DNA from: an uncultured Tissierella sp. | Lineage (GTDB): Bacteria; Bacillota; Clostridia; Tissierellales; Tissierellaceae | Direction of reading: 5' to 3' | Length of the DNA: 63,981 nucleotides | Assembly (NCBI GenBank): GCA_964485455.1 | Contig: CAZAJU010000001.1 | Location: forward strand, 1 to 63,981 | Part shown: positions 1 to 11,597 of the stretch, piece by piece | Layout: every line of letters starts with the position of its first letter | Numbering within the stretch: the first letter of the stretch is position 1 | Notes under the pieces: model-generated | Seen by the model: only the letters and a program-made list of their open reading frames with translations | What the model was told of the DNA's origin: nothing | The model's database searches: none | Translations under genes and position numbers: made by a program

Positions 1-117
1 TAAACTTGGGACAAATTAATAAAATAAAAAATAATAAATTGGTTCTTCGAAACTCCGGGAATTAGGAATATTGCGAAAATTCATGTGGTCAATTTTACTT
101 GACAATCAACAGAAAAG

Positions 118-155
118 GGTAGGGCTTGAGGGTTCGAATCTTTTAGGGTATATCA
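118..155 (+). pseudogene. Degenerate 3' half of a tRNA gene (T-arm + acceptor 3' strand), possible att scar
   Basis: GAGGG-TTCGAAT-CTTTT (128-144) is a T-stem/loop with G:T pairs, followed by AGGGTAT-A-TCA (145-155), matching acceptor strand, discriminator and a decayed CCA. No 5' half is visible upstream. Confidence 0.55.
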
Positions 156-160
156 TAGAT

Positions 161-192
161 AACCTTGTAACTACGATAGTTATAAGGTTTTT
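161..192 (+). terminator. Intrinsic terminator-like imperfect palindrome
   Basis: AACCTTGTAACTA-CGA-TAGTTATAAGGTT followed by T run. Confidence 0.6.
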
Positions 193-302
193 GCTTATTT
201 TGACATAGTGATTAAAAATCAAAATATACATATTAATGATAGCATTATTTAATGATTTTGGATAAGATATAGATAGAGAACTTATGAAAAGGTCGTGATA
301 TT

Positions 303-839
303 ATGTATAAATATAGAAATACTATTATTGACATACTTAAAGGTGATATAACAGATGAGAAATCAGATGCTATTGTAAATGCTGCCAATAATACTCTTCT
401 TGGCGGAGGAGGAGTAGATGGGGCAATTCATAAGAAGGGAGGAAGAGTAATATTAGAACAGTGTAAAAAGATTGGTGGATGCCCAACAGGTGAAGCTAGA
501 ATAACTACAGCAGGAAATCTTCCATCTAAGTATGTAATACACACTGTAGGGCCGATATATGGGTCTCATAGAGGTAATGAAGAGAACCTTTTATATTCAG
601 CTTATTTTAATTCCTTAAAGATTGCTTTGGAATATGGGCTTAAATCTATTTCCTTTCCTTCAATTTCAACGGGAGCTTATGGATATCCTATAGAGGAGGC
701 TGTAAAAATAGTTGTAAAAGCTGTTAAGGATTTTCTTGATATAAATGATGGAATTGAAAATATAAACTTTGTTCTTTTCAGTAATGAAAATTATGAATTG
801 TATAGAAATTATTTTAATAGTTCCTTTAAAAGCGAATAA
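303..839 (+). CDS. MacroD-type macrodomain protein (O-acetyl-ADP-ribose deacetylase / ADP-ribosyl hydrolase)
   Basis: GDIT, NAAN..LLGGGGVDGAIH and SISTGAYGYP motifs. Confidence 0.92.
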   Translation: MYKYRNTIIDILKGDITDEKSDAIVNAANNTLLGGGGVDGAIHKKGGRVILEQCKKIGGCPTGEARITTAGNLPSKYVIHTVGPIYGSHRGNEENLLYSAYFNSLKIALEYGLKSISFPSISTGAYGYPIEEAVKIVVKAVKDFLDINDGIENINFVLFSNENYELYRNYFNSSFKSE

Positions 840-984
840 ATTTTTAAAAAATTTTAAATAAATATAATTGACTTATCTTTTAATTTATTATAGTATCAAA
901 GAGTATTAAATATGAAAAGAATATAGTCCCAATTTTAGTGGAGTAATTCAATTTCTCTACAATTGCTACGTATACTTAAAGGGA

Positions 985-1632
985 GTGTTTAAAATATTTG
1001 CAGAATCTCATAAAATAGTGGCATCCAATATTTATGATAATGTTTTAAATATATATGGTTTAAAGTTGGATAAAGAAAAGCTTTTATGGGGATCAGTTGC
1101 TCCTGACTTTCTTCCACAGTATAAGTTAATTAGACATTACCAGGATGAAAGTTTAAATTATATTGCAAAAGAAATAATAAGGATAATTTTTATTTCTAGA
1201 TATTTAGAATTCAATAAAATATTGGATCCTTTAACTATAAAGATATTAAGTAAAAAGATAGGTATTATTTCTCATTACCTTTCTGATTATGTATGTTTGC
1301 CACACGCTAATAGGTGGACTTTTTATGACTCAATGATGAAGCATATAAAATATGAATCTGAATTAAATGACTATGCACCGAATCATTCTTTTAAAAAGAA
1401 TGTAATTAATGTAGATGATATAGATATATTTAATGATGAATCAGTTGCACTAAAGGTTAAAATTAAGAATTTCATAGAAGATGTAGTTGAAGAATACTCA
1501 CTTAAGACTAGTTTAAAGAACGATTTAGATTTCGCTTTGTCCTTAAATTTAAAGATAACTTACTTTATATTAGATACAATAAAAGTATACTCAGAGGATA
1601 TGCATAAAGTATTTACCTTGGAGATAATATAG
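985..1632 (+). CDS. Zinc-dependent phospholipase C family protein (no signal peptide; start uncertain, possibly ATA at 994)
   Basis: N-terminal SH, WGSVAPD, HY, GIISHYLSDY..PH, H..YE zinc-ligand pattern. Confidence 0.75.
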   Translation: MFKIFAESHKIVASNIYDNVLNIYGLKLDKEKLLWGSVAPDFLPQYKLIRHYQDESLNYIAKEIIRIIFISRYLEFNKILDPLTIKILSKKIGIISHYLSDYVCLPHANRWTFYDSMMKHIKYESELNDYAPNHSFKKNVINVDDIDIFNDESVALKVKIKNFIEDVVEEYSLKTSLKNDLDFALSLNLKITYFILDTIKVYSEDMHKVFTLEII

Positions 1633-1634
1633 AA

Positions 1635-1880
1635 GCAGTGATAGGAAGAGTAGTCTATATGGAAATTATAGAGAGCCGGAGTTTGCTGGAAACCGGTATG
1701 GATATTTAGATGAAGAACATCCTTGAGCATCTGACCGAAAAAATAGTAGGCTCAGACGATTATGGCTCGATAAAGCCATTATGTATCGACTATGTCTGTA
1801 CAGATTGAGAGAGCATTGTGCTAATTAAGGTGGTACCGCGAACAACCCTTCGTCCTTTATTTTTGGATGAGGGGTTTTTA
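1635..1880 (+). ncRNA. T-box riboswitch, Asn specifier (AAC)
   Basis: AGTA loop E, AGAGA and GCTG distal stem I motifs; GAA-G-AAC-A-TCCTTGAGC specifier loop (AAC 1716-1718); T-box AAGGTGGTACCGCG 1827-1840; terminator AACCCTTCGTCC...GGATGAGGGGTT-TTT 1844-1879; directly upstream of asnA. Confidence 0.95.
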
Positions 1881-1914
1881 TTTGGATTAGAATAAATATT
1901 AGGAGGAAACATTT

Positions 1915-2904
1915 ATGATGATGGTTAATGGTTTTACTATAAGGGAATCACAAGAAGGGATAAAGCTAATAAAAGACTTTTTTGAAAAAAAACTTTCGGA
2001 GAAGTTAAACCTAACAAGGGTATCAGCACCATTGTTTGTTAAGGCTAATACTGGTCTAAATGATAACCTAAGTGGAGTCGAAAAGGCTGTTTCTTTTCAG
2101 ATGAGAAAATATGGAGAGAATCTAGAAATAGTTCAATCTTTAGCGAAATGGAAGAGAATAGCTTTAAAGACTTATGAATTTGAGCCTGGAGAAGGACTTT
2201 ACACTGATATGAATGCTATAAGACCTGATGAATATGTTGACAACATCCATTCCATATATGTTGACCAGTGGGATTGGGAGAGGGTAATTGAAAAATCCGA
2301 TAGAAATGAACAGTTTCTACAATCAATCGTAACTAAAATATTTGAATGTCTAAAGGAAACAGAAGAGTATATCAATGGAATTTATCCTTCAAGATTGACT
2401 AAAAAATTGCCTGATGAGATAAAGTTTATTACTTCTCAAGAATTAGAGGATAGATATCCAGACAAGAGTTCTAAGGAAAGAGAGCATCTTGCATGTATCG
2501 AATATGGAGCAGTATTTTTAAGTAAGATTGGTGGAAAGCTAAAATCAGGTGAGAAACATGATGACAGATCTCCTGATTATGATGATTGGGAATTAAATGG
2601 AGATATTCTAGTATGGGATGAGGCTATAGGTTCTTCTCTTGAATTATCTAGTATGGGAATTAGGGTATCAGAAGAGGTACTTGATAAACAATTAAAGCTT
2701 GCTAATGCTGAAGATAGAATGCATCTTAGCTATCATAGAGCATTGTTGGCAGGAGAGCTTCCTTATACTATTGGCGGTGGTATTGGACAATCAAGATTGT
2801 GTATGTTCTTCCTTGAAGCAAGGCATATAGGTCAGGTACAGTCATCTATATGGCCTGATGAAGAGATTAGAAGAACTGAAAATGAAGGAATTTACTTGTT
2901 ATAG
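1915..2904 (+). CDS. asnA: Aspartate-ammonia ligase (asparagine synthetase A)
   Basis: SLAKWKR, GLYTDMNAIRPDE, HSIYVDQWDWE, TIGGGIGQSR; AGGAGG RBS. Confidence 0.97.
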   Translation: MMMVNGFTIRESQEGIKLIKDFFEKKLSEKLNLTRVSAPLFVKANTGLNDNLSGVEKAVSFQMRKYGENLEIVQSLAKWKRIALKTYEFEPGEGLYTDMNAIRPDEYVDNIHSIYVDQWDWERVIEKSDRNEQFLQSIVTKIFECLKETEEYINGIYPSRLTKKLPDEIKFITSQELEDRYPDKSSKEREHLACIEYGAVFLSKIGGKLKSGEKHDDRSPDYDDWELNGDILVWDEAIGSSLELSSMGIRVSEEVLDKQLKLANAEDRMHLSYHRALLAGELPYTIGGGIGQSRLCMFFLEARHIGQVQSSIWPDEEIRRTENEGIYLL

Positions 2905-2967
2905 AGTTTTTATTTAAAAGGATAAATATCTCTTTAGTAATTATTTTAAATAAGTCGTTAAATCATA

Positions 2968-2997
2968 AGGAATACTATAAGTATTCCTCTTTTTTTT
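2968..2997 (+). terminator. Intrinsic terminator after asnA
   Basis: AGGAATACT-ATA-AGTATTCCT followed by T run. Confidence 0.8.
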
Positions 2998-3001
2998 CAA
3001 T

Positions 3002-3094
3002 TGTTAAGTAGATGTTAAGATTTTGTAAGAAACCAATTATTTTTTATTAAACTATTATGGTGAATTTTGTAGTATAATAAAGGAAGCTGTCGAA
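3002..3094 (+). promoter_or_regulatory. Putative regulated promoter: three 11-bp-phased TGTWA half-sites, -10 TATAAT, Spo0A box
   Basis: TGTTAA 3002-3007, TGTTAA 3013-3018, TGTAAG 3024-3029; TATAAT 3073-3078 with poor -35; TGTCGAA 3088-3094. Confidence 0.55.
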
Positions 3095-3136
3095 TGAGAT
3101 ATGCAATATTTAGATTAATACATAAGGAGGTATCAT

Positions 3137-3871
3137 ATGACGGTATGCACAAATAGTACTTACGACATTTATGATGGTTTAAAGCATAATTTTCTATACA
3201 ACAAAGACATAAACTGCATACATATCCTCCTTAACCTTTATGAATTAGAAGATAATATTAGAAACATATATCCAAAGTACATATCAATTAGATATTTAAG
3301 AAATCATATTTCCAGATTTTTAAAACACAAGAAAGGCAATCAGATGATTGCCATGAATCTTGGTGAGCTAATCCATGAAGATATAAATAGATTAGAACTC
3401 TTTCTTTATATGGAAGGATACAAACATGGCTTCTATAATAATAGATTGGTGAACATCCTAGAAGGGATAACTATTAAGTACTATTCTATTGATGAGCTGT
3501 ATTCGATAAAATATCTTTTTCAATTTGAGACTATTAATGAAGAAGTCTTAGAGTTTAAAGAAAAATGTTATTCAGAAATTGATGGAGATAAGTTAAAAAA
3601 TAATTATATTTATGAGAATATTAATGACTATTGCTTGGCTGTAGTTAAGAATAAAATATTTAGTTTAAATAAATACTTGGACAAACAACTTACGATGGAC
3701 TATAGCTCCAATATTTTAAATATCAAGGAAGACAGTACTTTACTTACTCGGGATGATTTAAATAGCATTTATGGAGAAGTGTTGAAGATTGTTGTTAAGA
3801 ATGGATTAAACCTATATAAAGAAGCCTATTGGAATGGTTTAAATGATAGGGTATTAAAGCGTTACAAATAG
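3137..3871 (+). CDS. Hypothetical protein (244 aa, soluble, helical)
   Basis: Long ORF with strong TAAGGAGG RBS; no motif recognised. Confidence 0.8.
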   Translation: MTVCTNSTYDIYDGLKHNFLYNKDINCIHILLNLYELEDNIRNIYPKYISIRYLRNHISRFLKHKKGNQMIAMNLGELIHEDINRLELFLYMEGYKHGFYNNRLVNILEGITIKYYSIDELYSIKYLFQFETINEEVLEFKEKCYSEIDGDKLKNNYIYENINDYCLAVVKNKIFSLNKYLDKQLTMDYSSNILNIKEDSTLLTRDDLNSIYGEVLKIVVKNGLNLYKEAYWNGLNDRVLKRYK

Positions 3872-3899
3872 TATAAAATTTCTGTTCTTTGGGAATAAT
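3871..3899 (+). promoter_or_regulatory. SigF-type forespore promoter
   Basis: GTATA-N15-GGGAATAAT fits the GYWTA-N15-GGnnAnAnT consensus and lies upstream of a bofC-like gene. Confidence 0.65.
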
Positions 3900-3929
3900 T
3901 CCCTCTAGATAGTAATCTGGAGGGATTTT

Positions 3930-4514
3930 ATGTTTAATAATGAAAGAAAGAAAATCTTAATTTTTTCATCAGCTTTATTTGTTTTAAGCTTTATATTTGG
4001 ATACTATATTATGGATGGAAAATTCAAAGAACAAAATAGTATAGTAGTGGAGGAAAAGGATGATGGTACAAATCATATGGAGATTCTCAGAGAGGAAAAC
4101 AGAATAACTCCAAATACCTTCATCGAAGAAAGAATTCATTACAAGGAATGTGGACATTTGGTTTCCAAAGTGGCTTTGGCAGATGAAGAATATGTAAATA
4201 TGACTAGGGATGATTTAAATGAGTTTATTTTTGCAAATGAAGCCAATTTACAACTTATATCTTTTTCTAGTGTAAAGGTTGTACTTTGGGGAGAGAAAAA
4301 CCATCTTTGTGAAGAACATTACGTAATTGGTGAAGAAGATGGTAATATTGCCATATTCAAAATAGATGAAAATGGCAATAGAATTTTAGAGAAGGAGTTT
4401 AAAGAATATCCGATTAATGTTCTATTGGATCTAGATCAGAATAAGCTCAAAGAAGGAATTGTAGTAGATAGTGAAGAAGAGCTATCCAATATCCTAGAAA
4501 ATTATATTAGCTAA
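3930..4514 (+). CDS. bofC: BofC C-terminal domain protein (forespore regulator of SigK checkpoint-like)
   Basis: N-terminal TM/signal; HYVIGEEDGNIAIF...KLKEGIVVDSEEEL..ILENY; next to ruv genes as in Bacillus/Clostridia. Confidence 0.75.
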   Translation: MFNNERKKILIFSSALFVLSFIFGYYIMDGKFKEQNSIVVEEKDDGTNHMEILREENRITPNTFIEERIHYKECGHLVSKVALADEEYVNMTRDDLNEFIFANEANLQLISFSSVKVVLWGEKNHLCEEHYVIGEEDGNIAIFKIDENGNRILEKEFKEYPINVLLDLDQNKLKEGIVVDSEEELSNILENYIS

Positions 4515-4515
4515 A

Positions 4516-4546
4516 CTAAGTTAGAATCCTAACTTAGTATTTTTTT
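4516..4546 (+). terminator. Intrinsic terminator after bofC
   Basis: ACTAAGTTAG-AATC-CTAACTTAGT-ATTTTTTT. Confidence 0.8.
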
Positions 4547-4621
4547 GAAATGGCTCATTAAACTACTTTGGAATCGACTTTTATGATACAATATAGTTAT
4601 TAGTGCTAAAAGGAGAAGAAT

Positions 4622-5116
4622 ATGATCATATTAGGAATTGACCCAGGTATTGCTATAGTCGGTTATGGTTTAATAGAATGTAGAGGAAATAATTTTAAGG
4701 TTATAGACTATGGGGCTATTACTACAAATTCTGATATGATATTTCCAACTAGATTAAAGCTTGTATATGATGAGTTGACTGCAATCATTGAAAAGTACAA
4801 ACCGGATGACTTTGCTATAGAGGAGCTTTTTTATAATAAAAATGCTAAGACCGTTATAAAGATTGGACAGGCACGAGGGGTTGAGGTCCTAGCTGCAGTC
4901 AATCAGAACCTGCCAATTTATGAATATACACCCTTGCAAATAAAGCAGGCAGTTGTCGGCTATGGAAGAGCAGAAAAACATCAAGTTCAACAAATGGTTA
5001 AGTTATTATTGAATTTAAAAGAGATTCCAAAGCCTGACGATGTAGCAGATGCTCTTGCAGTTGCACTAACCCATGGTAGTTCTTTGAATTTTAAGGAAAG
5101 CTTTAGAATGAAATAG
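4622..5116 (+). CDS. ruvC: Holliday junction resolvase RuvC
   Basis: [27 protein letters not shown]. Confidence 0.97.
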   Translation: MIILGIDPGIAIVGYGLIECRGNNFKVIDYGAITTNSDMIFPTRLKLVYDELTAIIEKYKPDDFAIEELFYNKNAKTVIKIGQARGVEVLAAVNQNLPIYEYTPLQIKQAVVGYGRAEKHQVQQMVKLLLNLKEIPKPDDVADALAVALTHGSSLNFKESFRMK

Positions 5117-5126
5117 AGGTGATTTT

Positions 5127-5729
5127 ATGTTTGAGTTTATTATTGGTAAGATAGTGGCATTAAAAAATGATTATGTTGTTATTCAAAACAATGGCATAGG
5201 ATATAGAGTTAATACCTCAGCTAATACAATGAAAAAATTGGAGTTAGGAAAGGATAATCAAATACTATATACCCAACTAAATGTTCGAGAAGACGGAGTT
5301 TCATTATTTGGTTTTTATTCTGAAGATGAAATGGATATGTTTAATCTACTTCTAATAGTATCTAAAGTAGGTCCTAAGGTGGCAATCGGGATTTTATCTA
5401 CATTAACACCAGATAAAATTAAAAGGGCAGTACTCAATCGAAATATCGAAGAACTTTGCAGATGTCCTGGCATCGGGAAAAAAACCGCAGAGAGAATCAT
5501 TGTAGAGCTTATGGATCGAGTTGATAAGATGGATATAGCTGAAGAAGAAGTAGAATTTGAATCAAATAATAGTACTAATGGCGATACATACATGGAGTCT
5601 GTTGAAGCTCTTATGAGCCTAGGATATAATAGATATGAAGTTGAAGGTATACTTAAACTTATGAATGTCAATACAATGACCATAGAGGAAGTCATTAAGG
5701 AAGGGTTAAAGAGATTAGCTAAACATTAG
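5127..5729 (+). CDS. ruvA: Holliday junction branch migration protein RuvA
   Basis: GIGYRV, VRED..LFGF, HhH motifs VGPK and [11 protein letters not shown]. Confidence 0.97.
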   Translation: MFEFIIGKIVALKNDYVVIQNNGIGYRVNTSANTMKKLELGKDNQILYTQLNVREDGVSLFGFYSEDEMDMFNLLLIVSKVGPKVAIGILSTLTPDKIKRAVLNRNIEELCRCPGIGKKTAERIIVELMDRVDKMDIAEEEVEFESNNSTNGDTYMESVEALMSLGYNRYEVEGILKLMNVNTMTIEEVIKEGLKRLAKH

Positions 5730-5740
5730 AGGTGATAGTA

Positions 5741-6751
5741 GTGGAAGATTTTGAGGATAGAATCGTTACAAGAAGCTTAAAAGACGAGGATATGGAAAAT
5801 GAAGTAAGTCTTAGACCGAAATGGATTGATGATTATATAGGACAAGATAAGGTTAAAGAAAAGCTAAAGATTTTTATACAGGCTGCTAGGGGAAGAAAGG
5901 AATCCTTGGACCATGTACTCTTATATGGACCGCCTGGTCTTGGGAAGACGACTTTAGCCAATATCATAGCAAATGAAATGGGAGTCAATATTAGAGTAAC
6001 ATCAGGACCAGCTATTGAGAGACAGGGAGATCTAGCAAGTATTCTAACAAATCTTGGTGATGATGATGTACTCTTTATAGATGAAATTCACAGGATAAAT
6101 AGAAGTGTTGAGGAAATTCTGTATCCTGCTATGGAGGATTTTGCATTGGATATAATCATTGGAAAAGGTCCTTCTGCAAGGTCCGTGAGGCTAGATTTAT
6201 CTAGATTTACCCTTATTGGAGCTACAACTAGAGCAGGACTTCTGACATCACCCTTGAGAGATAGATTTGGGGTGATGCTTAACCTTGATTTGTATGATGA
6301 GAACAGTCTATCAGAGATTGTTACTAGGTCAGCTGGTATATTGGGTATTGAGATAGATTATTTAGGTGCTTTAGAAATAGCAAAACGTTCCAGAGGAACA
6401 CCTAGAATTGCAAATAGGCTATTGAAGAGGGTAAGAGACTATGCCCAAGTAGTAGAAAATGGTACTATAACACATGAAGTAGCTATGAAGGGGTTACAAA
6501 TTCTCGAAATAGATGAACTTGGCCTAGACTATATAGATAGGAAGGTCATACTTACCATGATTGAGAATTTTGCAGGAGGTCCTGTAGGATTAGATACCCT
6601 ATCTGCAGCTACCGGAGAGGAAAGAGGCACCATAGAGGATGTATATGAGCCTTATTTGCTACAACTAGGCTTTATCAATAGAACACCTAGAGGAAGAATA
6701 GCAACTGCGAAAGCCTATGAGCACTTCAATATACCATATGTAGAAGGGTAG
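5741..6751 (+). CDS. ruvB: Holliday junction DNA helicase RuvB
   Basis: [38 protein letters not shown]; GTG start after GAGGTGA RBS. Confidence 0.98.
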   Translation: MEDFEDRIVTRSLKDEDMENEVSLRPKWIDDYIGQDKVKEKLKIFIQAARGRKESLDHVLLYGPPGLGKTTLANIIANEMGVNIRVTSGPAIERQGDLASILTNLGDDDVLFIDEIHRINRSVEEILYPAMEDFALDIIIGKGPSARSVRLDLSRFTLIGATTRAGLLTSPLRDRFGVMLNLDLYDENSLSEIVTRSAGILGIEIDYLGALEIAKRSRGTPRIANRLLKRVRDYAQVVENGTITHEVAMKGLQILEIDELGLDYIDRKVILTMIENFAGGPVGLDTLSAATGEERGTIEDVYEPYLLQLGFINRTPRGRIATAKAYEHFNIPYVEG

Positions 6752-6759
6752 GTGACAGA

Positions 6760-6969
6760 ATGGAATCTTTAGGGAAAATAATTATTACTATAGGAGCAAT
6801 AATTCTTATTATTGGGCTTGTAATCACATATGGAAGTAAAATTGGCATAGGAAGACTACCTGGAGATATCTATATAGATAAGGGAAATTTCAAGTTTTAT
6901 TTTCCAATTACAACATCTATAATTATTTCTATAATCTTATCAATAATAGCTCGTTTTTTTAAACGATAG
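6760..6969 (+). CDS. DUF2905 family small membrane protein
   Basis: GRLPGDI...FYFPITTSIIIS signature; between ruvB and queA. Confidence 0.9.
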   Translation: MESLGKIIITIGAIILIIGLVITYGSKIGIGRLPGDIYIDKGNFKFYFPITTSIIISIILSIIARFFKR

Positions 6970-6977
6970 GAGGAACT

Positions 6978-8318
6978 ATGAAAAAGCTGATTTCTGTAAT
7001 TATGATAATAACGATGATGATTATACCTTTGACCGTATATGGCGCATATATGGATGATAGCTATATAGATGTGAAAATCGGTAAAAGTTATGAGCTATCC
7101 TCCTACATAAATCTATCCAGTGAAGCAGGTTTCTTATTGTTCTTGAAGGATGATTTAGGAAGTGAAATAGCTACAATTGATGAAAAAGAAATCGTTATAA
7201 TGGCGAATGGCAACTCAATAGATATTATGAATTCTTCCAATGTAGTTTTAGAAACTTTGCCAGGAGATGGCTCAGTAGTTCTTGGAAGCCGAGATAATAT
7301 TATTAAGGTTGGAGAAGATAGATATAGAGAGTTTATAAGCTTTATAATAAAGGATAAGATTAGTGTTATTAATCATATTCATATTGAGAATTATCTTTAT
7401 GGAGTAGTGCCTAAAGAAATGCCAGCTAGTTGGCACATAGAGGCTTTAAAGGCACAATCTATAGTAGCTAGGAGCTATGCCTATAAAAATATAGGAAAAC
7501 ATAGTTCAGAGGGTTATGATTTATGCGATACTACTCATTGTCAAGTATATATGGGATATGATAATGAGCATCAATCAACGAATATGGCAATAGATCAGAC
7601 CTATGGTGAATTTGTAACCTATAATGGCAATATTATTTCAACACCTTATCATTCTTCATCTGGTGGTAAGACTGAATCCAGTGTTAATTCTTGGGGAGGA
7701 AATTTACCTTATTTGGTTGCTGTAGAAGATGTTTTTTCAGTAAACTCACCACATAGTTCTTGGAATGTTGAGTTTTCTTTAAAAGATATGGAAAATAAAC
7801 TAAACTTAGCAGGTATAAATGTAGGAGAAATTCAAGGTTTTGAGATACTTGAAATTACAGACTCTAATAGGGTTAAAAGTCTTAAGGTTATAGGTACAAG
7901 TAAAACAGAAATCATTTCCGGTGTAAAAATGCAGAGTGCATTGGGACTAAAGAGCAGATGGTTTGATATTGAAACCCAAGGAGATAATGCAGGTAACAGT
8001 TCAACAGTATATGTAATGGATGGAAAGAGTTACAAACTTACTTCCATAAGTCTAGATAGAGTCTACATTATAGATGGAAACAAAAGACCTGTTACAAGAA
8101 GTGGAGTAAGTAGAGCTATGTCTAGTACAAGTGTAGGCTCTATAGGTTCACTTTATTCAACTTCACCTATGAAATTCATAGTATCTGGAAAAGGATTTGG
8201 TCATGGTGTAGGTATGAGCCAGTATGGAGCTATGGAAATGGCAAAGCAAGGTTATAATTATCAAGATATAATAACACACTATTATAAAGGTGTTGAAATA
8301 ACGAATATAGGAAAGTAA
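6978..8318 (+). CDS. SpoIID/LytB domain peptidoglycan lytic transglycosylase
   Basis: Signal peptide; [44 protein letters not shown]. Confidence 0.9.
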   Translation: MKKLISVIMIITMMIIPLTVYGAYMDDSYIDVKIGKSYELSSYINLSSEAGFLLFLKDDLGSEIATIDEKEIVIMANGNSIDIMNSSNVVLETLPGDGSVVLGSRDNIIKVGEDRYREFISFIIKDKISVINHIHIENYLYGVVPKEMPASWHIEALKAQSIVARSYAYKNIGKHSSEGYDLCDTTHCQVYMGYDNEHQSTNMAIDQTYGEFVTYNGNIISTPYHSSSGGKTESSVNSWGGNLPYLVAVEDVFSVNSPHSSWNVEFSLKDMENKLNLAGINVGEIQGFEILEITDSNRVKSLKVIGTSKTEIISGVKMQSALGLKSRWFDIETQGDNAGNSSTVYVMDGKSYKLTSISLDRVYIIDGNKRPVTRSGVSRAMSSTSVGSIGSLYSTSPMKFIVSGKGFGHGVGMSQYGAMEMAKQGYNYQDIITHYYKGVEITNIGK

Positions 8319-8326
8319 GGGAATAT

Positions 8327-10494
<2,168 letters not shown>

Positions 10495-10548
10495 TTGATG
10501 ATTTTTTCATTGGTTATTGTATAATATATAATATAAAGGAGGAATTTT

Positions 10549-10884
10549 ATGACTACACAACAACTACAGGGTTTAATTGTGCCAATAGGGTTTCTTGTAA
10601 TATTCTACTTATTTGCTATACGCCCTCAAAAAAAGAAAGAAAAAGAAATAAATGAAATGAGAAGTGCATTAAGAGCAGGTGATGAGATAATCACTATTGG
10701 TGGTATCTGCGGTAAAATCATCAAAGTTAAAGAAGATATAATTACAATTGAGGTTGGTACAGCAAGGACTAAGCTTGATGTAACAAAATGGGCTATTGGA
10801 TCAGTATCAAAGAAAAATGAATCTAAGAAAAATGATGAGCCTAAAAATGAAGAAGTAAATAGCGATGAAAGCAACGAAAATTAA
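10549..10884 (+). CDS. yajC: Preprotein translocase subunit YajC
   Basis: TM + IRPQKK, GDEIITIGGICG; follows tgt. Confidence 0.95.
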   Translation: MTTQQLQGLIVPIGFLVIFYLFAIRPQKKKEKEINEMRSALRAGDEIITIGGICGKIIKVKEDIITIEVGTARTKLDVTKWAIGSVSKKNESKKNDEPKNEEVNSDESNEN

Positions 10885-10896
10885 ATAAGAACTTCA

Positions 10897-10921
10897 CAAA
10901 ACTTCCTTAAGGGAAGTTTTT
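10897..10921 (+). terminator. Intrinsic terminator after yajC
   Basis: AAAACTTCC-TTAAG-GGAAGTTTTT. Confidence 0.8.
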
Positions 10922-10983
10922 GTACTATTTATAGACTCCTGAAAATAGATTTAAGTATAGATACTATTAAAAGGAGTGATAAT

Positions 10984-11361
10984 ATGGATTTAAAGAATAA
11001 ATTGGGACTTAAATGCGTATTAAGAGGATTAGTTTATTCATTTATTATTACCTTGGTGTTATTGTTTTCTTTTTCTCTTTTGCTTAAGTTTACATCTTTA
11101 AGTGAATCCAAGACCACTGTATTTAATATTATAGCTATGATTTTAGGAGTGGCATTTGGGTCTTTTTATGTTGGCATGAAGATTAAGGAGAAAGGATGGA
11201 TAAACGGTGCAATTATAGGGTTTTCATATTATCTTTTTGTAATACTGATAAACTTAATATTTTTCAAGGGAGAAAGTGCGCCTGTATTTTTATTATCTAA
11301 GCTGTTTTTATCCTCCCTGACAGGTTTTATAGGGGGGATGATGGGGGTCAATATCACTTGA
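10984..11361 (+). CDS. TIGR04086/DUF3792 family membrane protein
   Basis: Four TM helices, KEKGWINGAIIG, C-terminal GGMMGVN; usual neighbour of the SCIFF locus. Confidence 0.85.
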   Translation: MDLKNKLGLKCVLRGLVYSFIITLVLLFSFSLLLKFTSLSESKTTVFNIIAMILGVAFGSFYVGMKIKEKGWINGAIIGFSYYLFVILINLIFFKGESAPVFLLSKLFLSSLTGFIGGMMGVNIT

Positions 11362-11447
11362 AAATATAGCTTTATTAGCATTCCTAAATATGGTATAATA
11401 CTTCTACAATATTATATTACTATACTAATATTTGGAGGAGGCATAAT

Positions 11448-11588
11448 ATGAAATACATAAAAACTTTAACTGGTAGTAATTTAAAAGATACATTGGCTAA
11501 GGGTGGCTGTGGAGAATGTCAAACATCTTGTCAATCAGCATGTAAAACATCCTGTACAGTTGGAAATCAAAAGTGCGAGAACAAGTAA
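11448..11588 (+). CDS. scfA: SCIFF (six-cysteine-in-45) ranthipeptide precursor, 46 aa
   Basis: Hand-translated MKYIKTLTGSNLKDTLAKGGCGECQTSCQSACKTSCTVGNQKCENK; GGAGGAGG RBS; not in ORF track. Confidence 0.97.
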   Translation: MKYIKTLTGSNLKDTLAKGGCGECQTSCQSACKTSCTVGNQKCENK

Positions 11589-11597
11589 CTAAGTAAG

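Noticed and set aside
118-155. Functional tRNA gene
   Set aside because: No 5' acceptor strand, D-arm or anticodon arm; T-stem is degenerate and CCA is lost
303-1632. Macrodomain + PLC as a toxin-antitoxin (DarTG-like) or virulence toxin module
   Set aside because: No ADP-ribosyltransferase or sirtuin partner; the macrodomain is a plain MacroD; the PLC-fold protein lacks a signal peptide and appears to have its own promoter
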